Positions 54,859-64,000 of a stretch of DNA of 64,000 bases are shown here, one piece after another. The notes under the pieces are model-generated. The model did not search any database and was not told the origin of the DNA. It saw only the letters and a program-made list of their open reading frames with translations. The DNA comes from a virus: positions 13,413 to 77,412 of IMG/VR virus record IMGVR_UViG_3300048687_000087; one strand, given 5' to 3'. How positions within the stretch are numbered: the stretch's first letter is position 1; the number at the start of each line of letters is the position of its first letter. The translations under genes and the position numbers were made by a program.

Positions 54859-55217
54859 GCGCCCAACTCCAGTTCCCCGAGCCCGTCCACGGCACCGTCA
54901 ACACGTCGGCCGACGAGCAGGCGAAGACCGACGGGATCACCCGCGCCACCGAAAACACCGACCCCGACTGGGCAACCGCCTGCCGTGCCGCGATCGAACG
55001 CATGGCCCGCCGCGGCGTCCCGTTCCAGGCCGCCGACCTCATCGCCGAAGGGTTGGTCGACGAACCCGACTCGACCGCCCGCTGGGGCGCCGCCTTCTAC
55101 GCCGCCGCCCGAGCCGGCGTCATCCAGGAAGCCGGATTCGTGAAGTCGAAACGCGCCACGGTCCACAGCTCCATCTGCAAGCAGTGGACAGGCACCGCAC
55201 ACGGGAGGGCCGCATGA
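54855..55217 (+). CDS. Hypothetical protein
   Basis: ATGA coupling. Confidence 0.65.
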   Translation: MSAQLQFPEPVHGTVNTSADEQAKTDGITRATENTDPDWATACRAAIERMARRGVPFQAADLIAEGLVDEPDSTARWGAAFYAAARAGVIQEAGFVKSKRATVHSSICKQWTGTAHGRAA

Positions 55218-56038
55218 AGAGTCCCGTCCCGTACTTCGGCAGCAAGCAGCGCATCGCCCCTTGGATCGTCTCGCTGCTCCCACCGCATGAGCACTACGTC
55301 GAGCCGTTCGCCGGCGGCCTGTCCGTTCTGCTCGCCAAGCGGCCCGCCCGCATGGAGACCGTCAACGACCTCGACGCCGAACTGATGACGTTCTGGCGCG
55401 TGCTCCGCGACCGTCCTGCCGAACTGCTCCGCGCCTGCATGCTCACGCCGCACTCCCGCGCCGAGCTTGAAGAGACCTTCACCGAGGCGCCCGCCGAGGA
55501 CGAACTCGAACTCGCCCGCCACATATGGTCCCGCCTCGCGCAGGGACGCTCCGGAACGCTTCGCCGTACCGGCTGGCGGCACTACATCGACCCGGCCGGA
55601 TCAGTCACGTCGATGCCCGGCTACCTCGAGGCCTACGTCGAGCGGCTCGCCGCAGCTGCAGAGCGCTTGCACGCCGTATCCCTGGAGTCCCTTCCCGCGC
55701 TGACGTTGATCGGTAAGTACGGGGCGCAGCCCGACGTGTTGCTGTACGTCGACCCGCCGTACCTCGGCACGACACGACCGTGGTCGAACTACCGCGTCGA
55801 GATGAAGACCGAGGGCGAGCACCGCGAGCTTGCGGCCGCGCTCGCCGACTGCAAGGCCACCGTCGTCTTGTCCGGCTACCACAGCCCGATCTACGACGAG
55901 CTGTACGAGGGCTGGCACCGATACGAGCAGGCGTCCATGACCGGCAACGCGAAGGCCGCGAAGGACCGTACCGAAGTCCTGTGGTCCAACCGTGTGCTCG
56001 CCGGCCAACACCACCTCTTCGCCGAGGAGGCGTCATGA
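55214..56038 (+). CDS. DNA adenine methyltransferase (Dam/D12 class)
   Basis: PYFGSK, YVEPFAGG, VNDLD, YVDPPY. Confidence 0.92.
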   Translation: MKSPVPYFGSKQRIAPWIVSLLPPHEHYVEPFAGGLSVLLAKRPARMETVNDLDAELMTFWRVLRDRPAELLRACMLTPHSRAELEETFTEAPAEDELELARHIWSRLAQGRSGTLRRTGWRHYIDPAGSVTSMPGYLEAYVERLAAAAERLHAVSLESLPALTLIGKYGAQPDVLLYVDPPYLGTTRPWSNYRVEMKTEGEHRELAAALADCKATVVLSGYHSPIYDELYEGWHRYEQASMTGNAKAAKDRTEVLWSNRVLAGQHHLFAEEAS

Positions 56039-56292
56039 AGGACGCGCTCCTCGACCTCAACGCGACGGTCGCCACGGTCCTCGACGTCGCCACCTGGATG
56101 TGGATCGGCAGCGCCGTGTTCCTCACCGGGTGCGCCGCATGGGCCGTCATCCACATCGGCCGCCGCGTCTTCGACGCCTTCACCCGCGCCAACCAGACCA
56201 TCCGCGAACTCATCAGCCAGGAAGACGTCGCCGCCCACCTCAACACCTGCTGGCAGCAGTACGCCGACGACACCCGGAAGGAGACGCAGTGA
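56035..56292 (+). CDS. Small membrane protein
   Basis: ATGA coupling; one TM segment. Confidence 0.55.
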   Translation: MKDALLDLNATVATVLDVATWMWIGSAVFLTGCAAWAVIHIGRRVFDAFTRANQTIRELISQEDVAAHLNTCWQQYADDTRKETQ

Positions 56293-57086
56293 CCACCACC
56301 CACACACCGAGCCGCGCCTGCTACCTGCACGGATGCCGGACCGAGGCATGCAGGCAGGCCAACTACCGATACATGAGCCGCATCCGGCTCGACTACGAAC
56401 GAGGCCAGCGGCGCCGAAGCGACGCCACCCAGCCCCGCGCCCACATCGAACAACTCCTCGCCCTCGGCTGGACCCAAGCCCAGATCTCCCGCCGCGCAGG
56501 ACTCGCACACCGCACCATCGGCGCCATCATCACCGGCTGCACCAAAGTCTCGAACAACACCGCCAGGGCCATCCTCAACGTGCCGCTCGGCCCCGCACCA
56601 GCCGACTCCCGCGACATCGACGCCACCGGCACCACCCGCCGCGTCCAAGCCCTCATCGCCATCGGCTACCCCGCCACCTACCTCGCCGGCCGGTTCGGAC
56701 TCGCCGAGAGCGCCCTCGGACGCATCGCCCGCGGCGAGATGGCCCACGTCCGCACCACCACCGCAGACACCGTCGCCCTCGACTACCGGATGCTCTCCCG
56801 CATCCCCGGACCAAACCAGCGCGCCCGCAACGACGCACGACGGAAGGGCTGGCACGGCCCCCTCGCCTGGGACGACGACATCGACGACCCCACCGCACTG
56901 CCCGACATCGACCAGCACGACGACAAGCGCGGAAGGCCCGCCCAGATCGACGAACACCGTGTCGTCCGCCTGGCCCGCGAAGGCCTTACCAACGCACAGA
57001 TCGCCCAACGAATCGGCTGCCACGTCCGAACCGTCACCCGCGCCCGCGGACGCGTACTCACCAACGACCTCAAGGAAGCCGCCTGA
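56289..57086 (+). CDS. Multi-HTH DNA-binding protein
   Basis: CYLHGCR; GWTQAQIS; RRVQALIAIG; PLAWDDDIDDP; C-terminal HTH. Confidence 0.75.
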   Translation: MTTTHTPSRACYLHGCRTEACRQANYRYMSRIRLDYERGQRRRSDATQPRAHIEQLLALGWTQAQISRRAGLAHRTIGAIITGCTKVSNNTARAILNVPLGPAPADSRDIDATGTTRRVQALIAIGYPATYLAGRFGLAESALGRIARGEMAHVRTTTADTVALDYRMLSRIPGPNQRARNDARRKGWHGPLAWDDDIDDPTALPDIDQHDDKRGRPAQIDEHRVVRLAREGLTNAQIAQRIGCHVRTVTRARGRVLTNDLKEAA

Positions 57087-58897
57087 TGGCCCGCAACGAC
57101 AACGACGCACTCACGGTCATGGACTGGTTCTGCGGCGCCGGCGGCTCCTCACAGGCCATGCACTCCATCCCCGGCGTCCGCATGGAACGAGCAGCGAACC
57201 ACTGGCAGCGGGCGATCGAGTCGCACGCCGCGAACTTCCCGACCGTCGACCACTACCAGGGCGACATCCGCGAAGCACCCGTCGACAAGTGGCCCGTCAC
57301 CGACATCTTCTGGGCATCCCCGGAATGCCCGCAGTGGTCCAACGCCCGCGGCAAGAAGCGGAACTTCGACGCCTCCATGCAGGGCGACCTCTTCGACGAC
57401 TTCGGCCCCTCCGAGGAAGAGGAACGCTCACGCGCACTCATGGAGGAAGTCCCCATGTACCTGCGCGGCGTCCAGGAACGCGGCGGACTCGTCAAGGCCG
57501 GTGTGGTCGAGAACGTCGTCGACGTCCGCGCCTGGGACCAGTGGGACCGCTGGATAGGCGAGATCCGCAAACTCGGCTACAAGACCCGCGTCATCGCCCT
57601 CAACTCGATGCACGCCGACCCGCGCGCCGTTCACAAAGCCCCGCAGTCCCGCGACCGCCTGTACGTCGCCTACTGGCACGAGTCCCTCGGCCGCACCCCC
57701 GACTGGGACAAATGGCTGCGCCCGCGCGCCTGGTGCACCGGCTGCGACACCTGGGTGCAGGCCGTACAGCGGTTCAAGCAGCCCGGCCGCGACATGGGCC
57801 GATACCGCCAGCAATACGTCTACCGCTGCCCCAACACCCGCTGCCGCAGCCAGATCGTCGAACCCGAGACGCTGCCCGCCGCCGCTGCGATCGACTGGAC
57901 GATCCCCGGCCAGCGCATCGGAGACCGCGGCAAGCCGCTCGCCGACAAGACGCTCGCCCGCATCCAGGCCGGCCTCGACAAGTTCGCCCGCCCGATCACG
58001 CTGGAGGCGGCGGGCAACACGTTCGAGCGGCGTCCCGGGGTGCGCACCTGGCCCGTCGACGCACCGTTGACGACGCAGACGACGACGGCAACCAAGGCCA
58101 TGGCCTACGAGCCGTTCATGGTCCCCGCCGGAGGAACCTGGCGCAACGACCCGTCCAGCGTCCTCGACCCCATGGCCTGCCGCACCACCCGCGAGAACGA
58201 CGGCCTCGCAATCCCGCCGCTACTCATCCCCGTCGAAGGCCGCGACGGCAAAGAGCCCGCCTCGGCGAACGCCCCGCTCCGCACCCAGACCGCCCGCAAC
58301 GAAACCGGCCTCGCCTGGCTCCCGTTCATGGTCACCATGCGCGGAGGCGGCGACCAGCTTCGCGGCCGATCCATCGCAGAACCCGTAGGCACCGTGTCCG
58401 CGAACGGCAACCACCACGGCCTCGTCACCCCGGACCTGCCCGCGTTCGTGATGCGCAACAACGGCAGCACCGGCGACGGCGGCGAGCACTGCACCAGCGC
58501 GGCCGAGTACCTCCGCACCATGACCACCGCCGGCCATCAGTCCCTCGTCACCTGGGAGCACCTCCTCGTCCCCTACTACGGCAACGGCACCGCGCGCACG
58601 GTCCGCGAGCCCGTCGGCACCCTCTCCACCCGCGACCGATACGCCCTCGTGACGGGCGACGTCGACATCAACGACGTCCTCTTCCGGATGCTCGAACCCC
58701 ACGAGATCGGCCGCGCCATGAGCTTCGCCGACACCTACATCGTCCTCGGCAACAAGCGGGAAAAGGTCCGCCAACTCGGCAACGCCGTCACCCCGCCCGC
58801 CGCCGAAGTCATCGTCTCCGCCCTCGTCGAAGCCATCACCGGCGAAGACATCGACCGGCACAACGAGCGCGGCCCCGAGCTCGCCGCCGCGGCCTAG
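57086..58897 (+). CDS. DNA cytosine-5 methyltransferase
   Basis: FCGAGG, ASPEC, VENV, PQSRDR, RQLGNAV. Confidence 0.93.
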   Translation: MARNDNDALTVMDWFCGAGGSSQAMHSIPGVRMERAANHWQRAIESHAANFPTVDHYQGDIREAPVDKWPVTDIFWASPECPQWSNARGKKRNFDASMQGDLFDDFGPSEEEERSRALMEEVPMYLRGVQERGGLVKAGVVENVVDVRAWDQWDRWIGEIRKLGYKTRVIALNSMHADPRAVHKAPQSRDRLYVAYWHESLGRTPDWDKWLRPRAWCTGCDTWVQAVQRFKQPGRDMGRYRQQYVYRCPNTRCRSQIVEPETLPAAAAIDWTIPGQRIGDRGKPLADKTLARIQAGLDKFARPITLEAAGNTFERRPGVRTWPVDAPLTTQTTTATKAMAYEPFMVPAGGTWRNDPSSVLDPMACRTTRENDGLAIPPLLIPVEGRDGKEPASANAPLRTQTARNETGLAWLPFMVTMRGGGDQLRGRSIAEPVGTVSANGNHHGLVTPDLPAFVMRNNGSTGDGGEHCTSAAEYLRTMTTAGHQSLVTWEHLLVPYYGNGTARTVREPVGTLSTRDRYALVTGDVDINDVLFRMLEPHEIGRAMSFADTYIVLGNKREKVRQLGNAVTPPAAEVIVSALVEAITGEDIDRHNERGPELAAAA

Positions 58898-59018
58898 TCG
58901 GCTACCGCGCCGGGACCCGACCGACCCGCACCGCCCTATCCGGACTTGGGCCTCCTATTTGTCAGTTTCGTCCGGACCATGAACAGCACCTCGCACCACG
59001 AGTCGAAAGAAGACCGCC

Positions 59019-59909
59019 GTGACCTTGGACGCCATGCACTGGGTCTGGGACCAGTCCCAGTCGAAGGGGAACGCACGCATCGCGCTGCTGTACGTGGCCG
59101 ATCAAGTGCGTACCCCGGCGTGCGAAGTGCGCGTGGGTCAGCGCGAGTTGATGAAGGCCATGAACACCCCCTCGAAGGGGACCGCGGAGAAGGCCGTGAA
59201 GGTGGCCGTGGCGCTGGGGGAGTTGTCAGTTCTGGAGAGTGGCGTGGGGCGTCGGCCGGCGCTCTACAAGCTACCGAAGGCGGTCGGATTCGTCCGTCGG
59301 GCCGTTCGTAGCGCCCCGGATTCCGGGGCGCAAGAAGCGGCTAGTGCCCCGGAATCCGGGGCGCAAAGTGACGATCAAGGTTCCCGTAGCGCCCCGAAAA
59401 CCGGGGCACAAGAATTTCGTAGCGCCCCGGTTTCTGGCCGTAGCGCCCCGAAAACCGGGGCACCTCCCCATTCCCCAAAGGAGCCAGCAACCGAGGAAGC
59501 CGGAGAGCCGGACGCGTTCCAGATCTGCCAGCCCCTCATCACCGCCATGACCGAGGCCGGGATCGTCGTCTCCTGGAGCATGCAGCCGAAGGACTGGCTG
59601 GAGATCGCCACCGTCGTCCAGCGTGCCGGCATCCCCGCCATGGTCGCCTTCGCCCGCGACACCAAGGGCACCGCCCGACAGCCCGTCCGCTACGCCACGT
59701 TCTTCCTCCGCGGCGGATGGAAGGGCCTGCCGCCCGCAGCCGCGAACTCTGCCCCGCCCCGCCAGCGGGACGGCAAGCCGCCGCACTGCGGCCACCCCGA
59801 CTGCGACCCCGTCACCCGCACCCGCGAAAGCGAAGACGACCGGGGACTCCGCCGCGCCCACCAATGCCCCGACTGCCACCCCAACGCCCAGAAAGGCCAA
59901 GCCGCATGA
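59019..59909 (+). CDS. Replication initiator-like protein
   Basis: MHWVW..RIALLYVAD N-terminal HTH; internal iterons; upstream of the helicase. Confidence 0.75.
   Translation: MTLDAMHWVWDQSQSKGNARIALLYVADQVRTPACEVRVGQRELMKAMNTPSKGTAEKAVKVAVALGELSVLESGVGRRPALYKLPKAVGFVRRAVRSAPDSGAQEAASAPESGAQSDDQGSRSAPKTGAQEFRSAPVSGRSAPKTGAPPHSPKEPATEEAGEPDAFQICQPLITAMTEAGIVVSWSMQPKDWLEIATVVQRAGIPAMVAFARDTKGTARQPVRYATFFLRGGWKGLPPAAANSAPPRQRDGKPPHCGHPDCDPVTRTRESEDDRGLRRAHQCPDCHPNAQKGQAA
59307..59463 (+). repeat. Five iteron-like repeats (CGTAGCGCCCCG..CCGGGGC), probable origin
   Basis: Copies near 59307, 59341, 59385, 59418 and 59439 inside the initiator gene. Confidence 0.75.
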
Positions 59910-61267
59910 CCGAGCCCGCATGGGACTCTGACCTCGCCGCCGACGAGCCCTCCGCCCCGCACAACGCCGAAGCCGAACGCGCCGTACTCGGCTCCATGCT
60001 CTTCGACGCCGACAACGTCGAACTCGTCGACCGCATCCTGTCCGGTCCGCAGGACTTCTTCGAGTTCCGCCACCAGACCATCTACCAGGCGATCACCCAC
60101 CTGTACGGCAGCAGCCGTACACCCAAGATCGACCCCATCACCGTCGCCGCCGACATGCTCGCCGCCGGAGAACTCGGCAAGATCGGCGGAGCCGTCTACC
60201 TCCACCAACTCATCGACTCCGTACCCGTCATGGGCAACGCCGACGGATACGCCGAGATCGTCCGCGAGCACGCTCAACTCCGTGCCGTCCTCGCCGCCAC
60301 CCGCCGCGCCACCCAGCGCGTCCTTGCCGCTGCCAACACCGCCAGCGAAATCCTCGACGCCGCAATGGCCGACCTCCAGGCCGCCGCCAAAGGCATCCAG
60401 ACCACCGACGAACGACTGTCCGTCGCCGACCGGTGGATGGGCTTCATCGACGAACTCGAAGCAGGCCACGACCCCAACGCCATCGACACGCCCTGGCCCG
60501 ACCTCAACGACGTCGTCGAGCTCAAGCCCGGCCAGCTCGTCACCGTCGGCGCCGCAACGGGCGGCGGCAAGTCCCTGTTCGGCATGAACCTCGCCGCGCA
60601 CATCGCGCTCAGCCGCGGCAAGCCCGCCCTCGTCGCCTCGATGGAAATGGGCGGCAGCGAACTCATGGCCCGCCTCACCGCCGCCGAAGCCGGAGTCGAC
60701 GTCGCCCGCCTCGTCCGCCGCAAGCTCGACCCCACTGACTGGGAGAAGGTGTTCCGGGCCGCCCCGAAGCTGCAGAACGCCGAGAACTTCATCCTCGACG
60801 ACTCCCCGAACCTCACCATCGGCAAAATCCGCACCCGGATGCGGTGGATGGCCGGGAGCGGACAGCCGCCGGCGATCGTCGTCGCCGACTACCTGCAGCT
60901 GATGACGCCGGAGTCGAACGGCAAGAAGGAACGCACGCGCGCCAACGAAGTCGCCGAGATCTCCCGCGGGTTGAAGCTCCTCGCGATGGAGTTCGAGGTC
61001 CCGGTCGTCGCGCTCGCCCAGTTCAACCGCGGTGCTGTCGGACGCCAGCCGATCGTCTCCGACTTCAAGGACTCCTCCGCGATCGAGCAGGACTCCAACG
61101 TCATCGTGTTGATGCACCGGCCGCTCGCCGAGGACGGCTCCGACACGACCTCGAGGTCCGGCGAGATCGACCTGATCGTCGCGAAGAACCGCAACGGCGC
61201 CAACGGCCGCATCATCCCTCTCAGCTTCCAGGGCCACTTCGCGCGGCTCCGGTCGATGGCGGCGTGA
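59906..61267 (+). CDS. dnaB: Replicative DNA helicase
   Basis: AERAVLG, GAATGGGKS, DYLQL, ISRGLKLLA, AIEQD, VAKNRNG. Confidence 0.95.
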   Translation: MTEPAWDSDLAADEPSAPHNAEAERAVLGSMLFDADNVELVDRILSGPQDFFEFRHQTIYQAITHLYGSSRTPKIDPITVAADMLAAGELGKIGGAVYLHQLIDSVPVMGNADGYAEIVREHAQLRAVLAATRRATQRVLAAANTASEILDAAMADLQAAAKGIQTTDERLSVADRWMGFIDELEAGHDPNAIDTPWPDLNDVVELKPGQLVTVGAATGGGKSLFGMNLAAHIALSRGKPALVASMEMGGSELMARLTAAEAGVDVARLVRRKLDPTDWEKVFRAAPKLQNAENFILDDSPNLTIGKIRTRMRWMAGSGQPPAIVVADYLQLMTPESNGKKERTRANEVAEISRGLKLLAMEFEVPVVALAQFNRGAVGRQPIVSDFKDSSAIEQDSNVIVLMHRPLAEDGSDTTSRSGEIDLIVAKNRNGANGRIIPLSFQGHFARLRSMAA

Positions 61268-61268
61268 C

Positions 61269-61928
61269 ATGACCATCCAAGCGATCAACACGTACTACGC
61301 CGGCCACTACTTCCGCTCGCGTCTCGAAGCGAGGTGGGCGAAAGTCTTCGACAGCCTGGGCATGCGCTGGGAGTACGAACCGCAGGGCTACCTCGTGGGC
61401 GAAGAGCGACGCCCGTACCTGCCGGACTTCCGGCTCCCCGACATCGGCTGGTGGATCGAGGTCAAGGGCAGCCAGGGATGGCTCGACCTGGGCCTGCTCG
61501 CTGACGCCGTGCACCCGACCAAGGGCATGGGCGGCGACGGCAACCTCATGATCCTCGGCGCGATACCCGAAGTCGCCGATGCCGGACCGCTGCACTACAC
61601 GATCACCCGCGACAAGCACTGCGGACAGCTCCACCGATGCAACGACGGCTGCGACTTCCCGCCGACGCTGTACGGCCTGCACACCTTCTTGGCCGCAGCC
61701 GACCTCGAGCGCCTGGGCGCCGACCTGAGCGCAGTCAAGCCCAGTGACCTTGCTGAGTGGCAGCGCTGGGGAGCCATGCCAATCCCTGTCGGCCGGCCAA
61801 GCGTCAAGCCGTTCAAGGGCGACCTCACGCTTCCGATGATCCACCCCTCCGTGCAGGTAGGGCCGCACGTCGCAGCCGCCTACGACCTGGGGCGCACGGC
61901 GCGCTTCGAGCATGGCGAGGCCGCTTGA
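61269..61928 (+). CDS. PD-(D/E)XK nuclease-like protein
   Basis: FRSRLEARWA..WEYEP..YLPDF..IEVKG. Confidence 0.8.
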   Translation: MTIQAINTYYAGHYFRSRLEARWAKVFDSLGMRWEYEPQGYLVGEERRPYLPDFRLPDIGWWIEVKGSQGWLDLGLLADAVHPTKGMGGDGNLMILGAIPEVADAGPLHYTITRDKHCGQLHRCNDGCDFPPTLYGLHTFLAAADLERLGADLSAVKPSDLAEWQRWGAMPIPVGRPSVKPFKGDLTLPMIHPSVQVGPHVAAAYDLGRTARFEHGEAA

Positions 61929-62139
61929 TGTCGCGCCCTGTTTCCCGCCGGGGTGACCGGTGGCCGGCCGGGGTGCGGGCGGGGGCCGCCGTGAAGGCGC
62001 CTGCGCGCCCCTGTGGCCGCCTCAGCCCCGCTCCGGGCCCCCGGGCCCCCGGCGGCGTTCGAGCCCCTCTCGGAGCCTCCAGCAGCCACACAGCGGCTCC
62101 CGAACCCGCACAACCCAACCCGACCCGAAAGGACCGTCG

Positions 62140-62550
62140 ATGGACCTGCCCGACACCTCCGCGATGACCGAACTCATCTGGTGGATCACCGGCCGGGAGG
62201 ACGACCTCGAGAAGGCGCGTGCCGCCGCGGATCGCCTGCACGCTGCGATCGCCAAGGACGTCGTCGACGCCGAACACCTGCGCCTTCGCGCCGAGGCAAC
62301 CAATGCGGCGCTCGTCGACGAGATGCGGCGGGAGTCCATCGCGGACGGCGACATGCTCGACATGGTCATGAAGTTCGCGAAGGGCCGCGGCGACGACACC
62401 GGCCGCCGCATCTACCTGGCGATCCGCCGCTTCTACGTCGAACGCGAGCTCGGTGACCGGGAGCCGGGCCTGATGCGGATCCCGCCGGAGCTGGCCGAAC
62501 CCGCACCGCCGATCTTCGCGAGCAAGCCGCGGCAGCAGGAGGCCGCGTGA
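62140..62550 (+). CDS. Hypothetical protein
   Basis: GAAAGGA RBS, ATG 62140. Confidence 0.6.
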   Translation: MDLPDTSAMTELIWWITGREDDLEKARAAADRLHAAIAKDVVDAEHLRLRAEATNAALVDEMRRESIADGDMLDMVMKFAKGRGDDTGRRIYLAIRRFYVERELGDREPGLMRIPPELAEPAPPIFASKPRQQEAA

Positions 62551-63200
62551 CCGCCCCGACTACCACCAACCTGTGGCACGGCTACAGCCTCGCCGACATC
62601 GACCGCCTGGCCCGCATCGCTGCCCACCGCGCCCGCGGCGGTCAGCTCCTCGACCCCGCCGACCGCTACCAGACCGCCTGGTCACACATCGCGGAAGCCC
62701 TGTGCACTGCCGACGAGCCGCCCACCACCAACTACCTCATCCACGTTGGCTACAAGGCCATCAATCGTGCATCGCAAGACCACCGGCGCATGTGGGGCAT
62801 GGCCCGTACCTGGGAGGCCCACGAGGGCGATATCCGCGCCTACATGCGCTATTGGGAACTCGAACGCCGCAGTTCGGCCTCCCCGGAAGACGCGATTGTC
62901 GACCGCCACGCCCTGCTCCAGATCTGGCCCCGACTGTCGCTGACGCACCGGCAAGTCCTTTACGCCGTGGCGATCCACGACGGCGACCACCGGGCCGCAG
63001 CCGACAGCCTCGGCAAGACCCTCGTCACGTTCCGCACCCACCTCAAGGACGCGCGCGCCGCGTTCCGGGCGCTGTGGCACGAACACGAAACGCCGTCCCG
63101 CATGTGGGGCAAGTCCGGTCAGTCCGGTCGCCGCAACGGCATACAGACCCTCACCAACCGGCGCCGGCAACGCGAACGCCGCGCCCAAGTCGCCGCATGA
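62547..63200 (+). CDS. Sigma-factor-like transcriptional regulator
   Basis: SPEDAIVDR..L..L...HRQVL..AAADSLG..L.DAR, region-4-like. Confidence 0.6.
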   Translation: MTAPTTTNLWHGYSLADIDRLARIAAHRARGGQLLDPADRYQTAWSHIAEALCTADEPPTTNYLIHVGYKAINRASQDHRRMWGMARTWEAHEGDIRAYMRYWELERRSSASPEDAIVDRHALLQIWPRLSLTHRQVLYAVAIHDGDHRAAADSLGKTLVTFRTHLKDARAAFRALWHEHETPSRMWGKSGQSGRRNGIQTLTNRRRQRERRAQVAA

Positions 63201-63241
63201 TCCCGCCCCGTGATCCCCAACCCGACCCGAAGGAGCAGCAC

Positions 63242-63904
63242 ATGCCTCTCCCCACCGCCGAGGCCGGACCGACGACGTGGCAGTTGACGCCACAGAACCT
63301 CGCGGCCATCGACGACGTGATCGACAAGGACGGCATTTACGCGAAGGGCTACTGGCAGGAGGTCGACGGGAAGCTCACCGTCGTCGGCCTGCGTATCGGC
63401 AGCGGCGAGAGCCGCCAGGTCGCGTTCTACGGCGACCAGATCACCCGGCACCCCGACGGCATATGGGTCGTGCAGGCCGCGCCGAAGCGCATCCGGCGCC
63501 GTCGTGTCCGCGGCTGGCGTCTCCCCGGGAACGCCGTGATCGTCTCCCGTCCGTCCCGGTGGGGCAACCCGTGCAAGGTCGGCTTGATGCAGGAGATGGG
63601 CTACCACGACCCGCATGCTGCCGCAGCCGACAACTTCCGCAGGTGGCTTGCCGGTTCGCGGTTCGACGCACCCACCGACGAGGCCGACCGGCGGCGGGAA
63701 CGGATCCTCGCCGACCTCCATCTGCTGCGCGGCAAAGACCTCGCTTGCACGTGCCCGCCCGACAAGACCTGTCACGCCGATGTCCTGCTGCACCTGGCAA
63801 ACATGCCGGCCGCCGAACTCGACGAGTGGATCCGTGGCGTCCGGGCTCGCGTCGATTGGCACCGCGTAAACGACGGCGACCAGCCCCTCCACCGCACCCC
63901 GTGA
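63242..63904 (+). CDS. DUF4326 domain protein with N-terminal extension
   Basis: RPSRWGNP, LRGKDLACTCP..CHADVL. Confidence 0.8.
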   Translation: MPLPTAEAGPTTWQLTPQNLAAIDDVIDKDGIYAKGYWQEVDGKLTVVGLRIGSGESRQVAFYGDQITRHPDGIWVVQAAPKRIRRRRVRGWRLPGNAVIVSRPSRWGNPCKVGLMQEMGYHDPHAAAADNFRRWLAGSRFDAPTDEADRRRERILADLHLLRGKDLACTCPPDKTCHADVLLHLANMPAAELDEWIRGVRARVDWHRVNDGDQPLHRTP

Positions 63905-63912
63905 CCTCAGCA

Positions 63913-63945
63913 GTGCAGCGCCCGGCTCGTATCCGGGCGCTGCAC
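63913..63945 (+). terminator. Hairpin (terminator or processing site)
   Basis: GTGCAGCGCCCGG / CCGGGCGCTGCAC 13-bp stem. Confidence 0.55.
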
Positions 63946-64000
63946 GCCACACGATCCCACGACCGACCGGAGATGACCATGACCACCGGCCCGACCGACC

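Larger units (their letters stand above)
1..64000. mobile_element. Temperate siphovirus genome (Streptomyces-type), circularly permuted or excised form, extending beyond the window
   Basis: Terminase, portal, capsid, tail, tape measure, lysin, integrase, repressor/Cro and replication modules are all present; the integrase is internal, with phage genes on both sides. Confidence 0.93.

Noticed and set aside
55214-61928. Complete restriction-modification system
   Set aside because: The methyltransferases sit in the replication operon, and the PD-(D/E)XK gene is a common phage type not adjacent to them; treated as orphan methylases

Overview
The whole 64 kb window is one temperate siphovirus of a high-GC actinomycete, very probably Streptomyces (high GC, rare TTA codons, typical gene families). 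It appears to be in the excised or circularly permuted form. The tyrosine integrase and a candidate intact attP lie mid-window (about 42.8-44.5 kb), phage genes continue on both sides, and no host genes are recognisable. Order: 1-8.8 kb accessory operon of tiny ORFs separated by tRNA-like and hairpin elements, followed by a TraB/FtsK-like translocase with Spd-like membrane genes; 8.9-11.2 kb moron-like genes; 11.3-31.2 kb packaging, head and tail; 31.2-34.5 kb antisense sugar-modification operon; 34.7-37.3 kb lysis; 37.7-42.4 kb serine resolvase with res-like repeats, small genes and GntR regulators; 42.8-46.1 kb attP, integrase and immunity switch; 46.1-64 kb early, recombination, methylation and replication genes. 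The most interesting part is 1-8.8 kb. (i) A complete-looking phage carries a Streptomyces plasmid-type transfer module. The C-terminal DNA-binding domain of its translocase is duplicated (36/69 identical, ungapped, hand alignment) onto a neighbouring GIY-YIG/T5orf172-like protein, and a CTCCCTG repeat cluster sits between the two genes. (ii) An array of micro-ORFs is punctuated by mini tRNA-like (acceptor stem + T-arm) elements, downstream of a RapZ-C-like gene, and includes two amyloid-motif-like peptides. All family assignments come from motif recognition by eye; no database searches were run.
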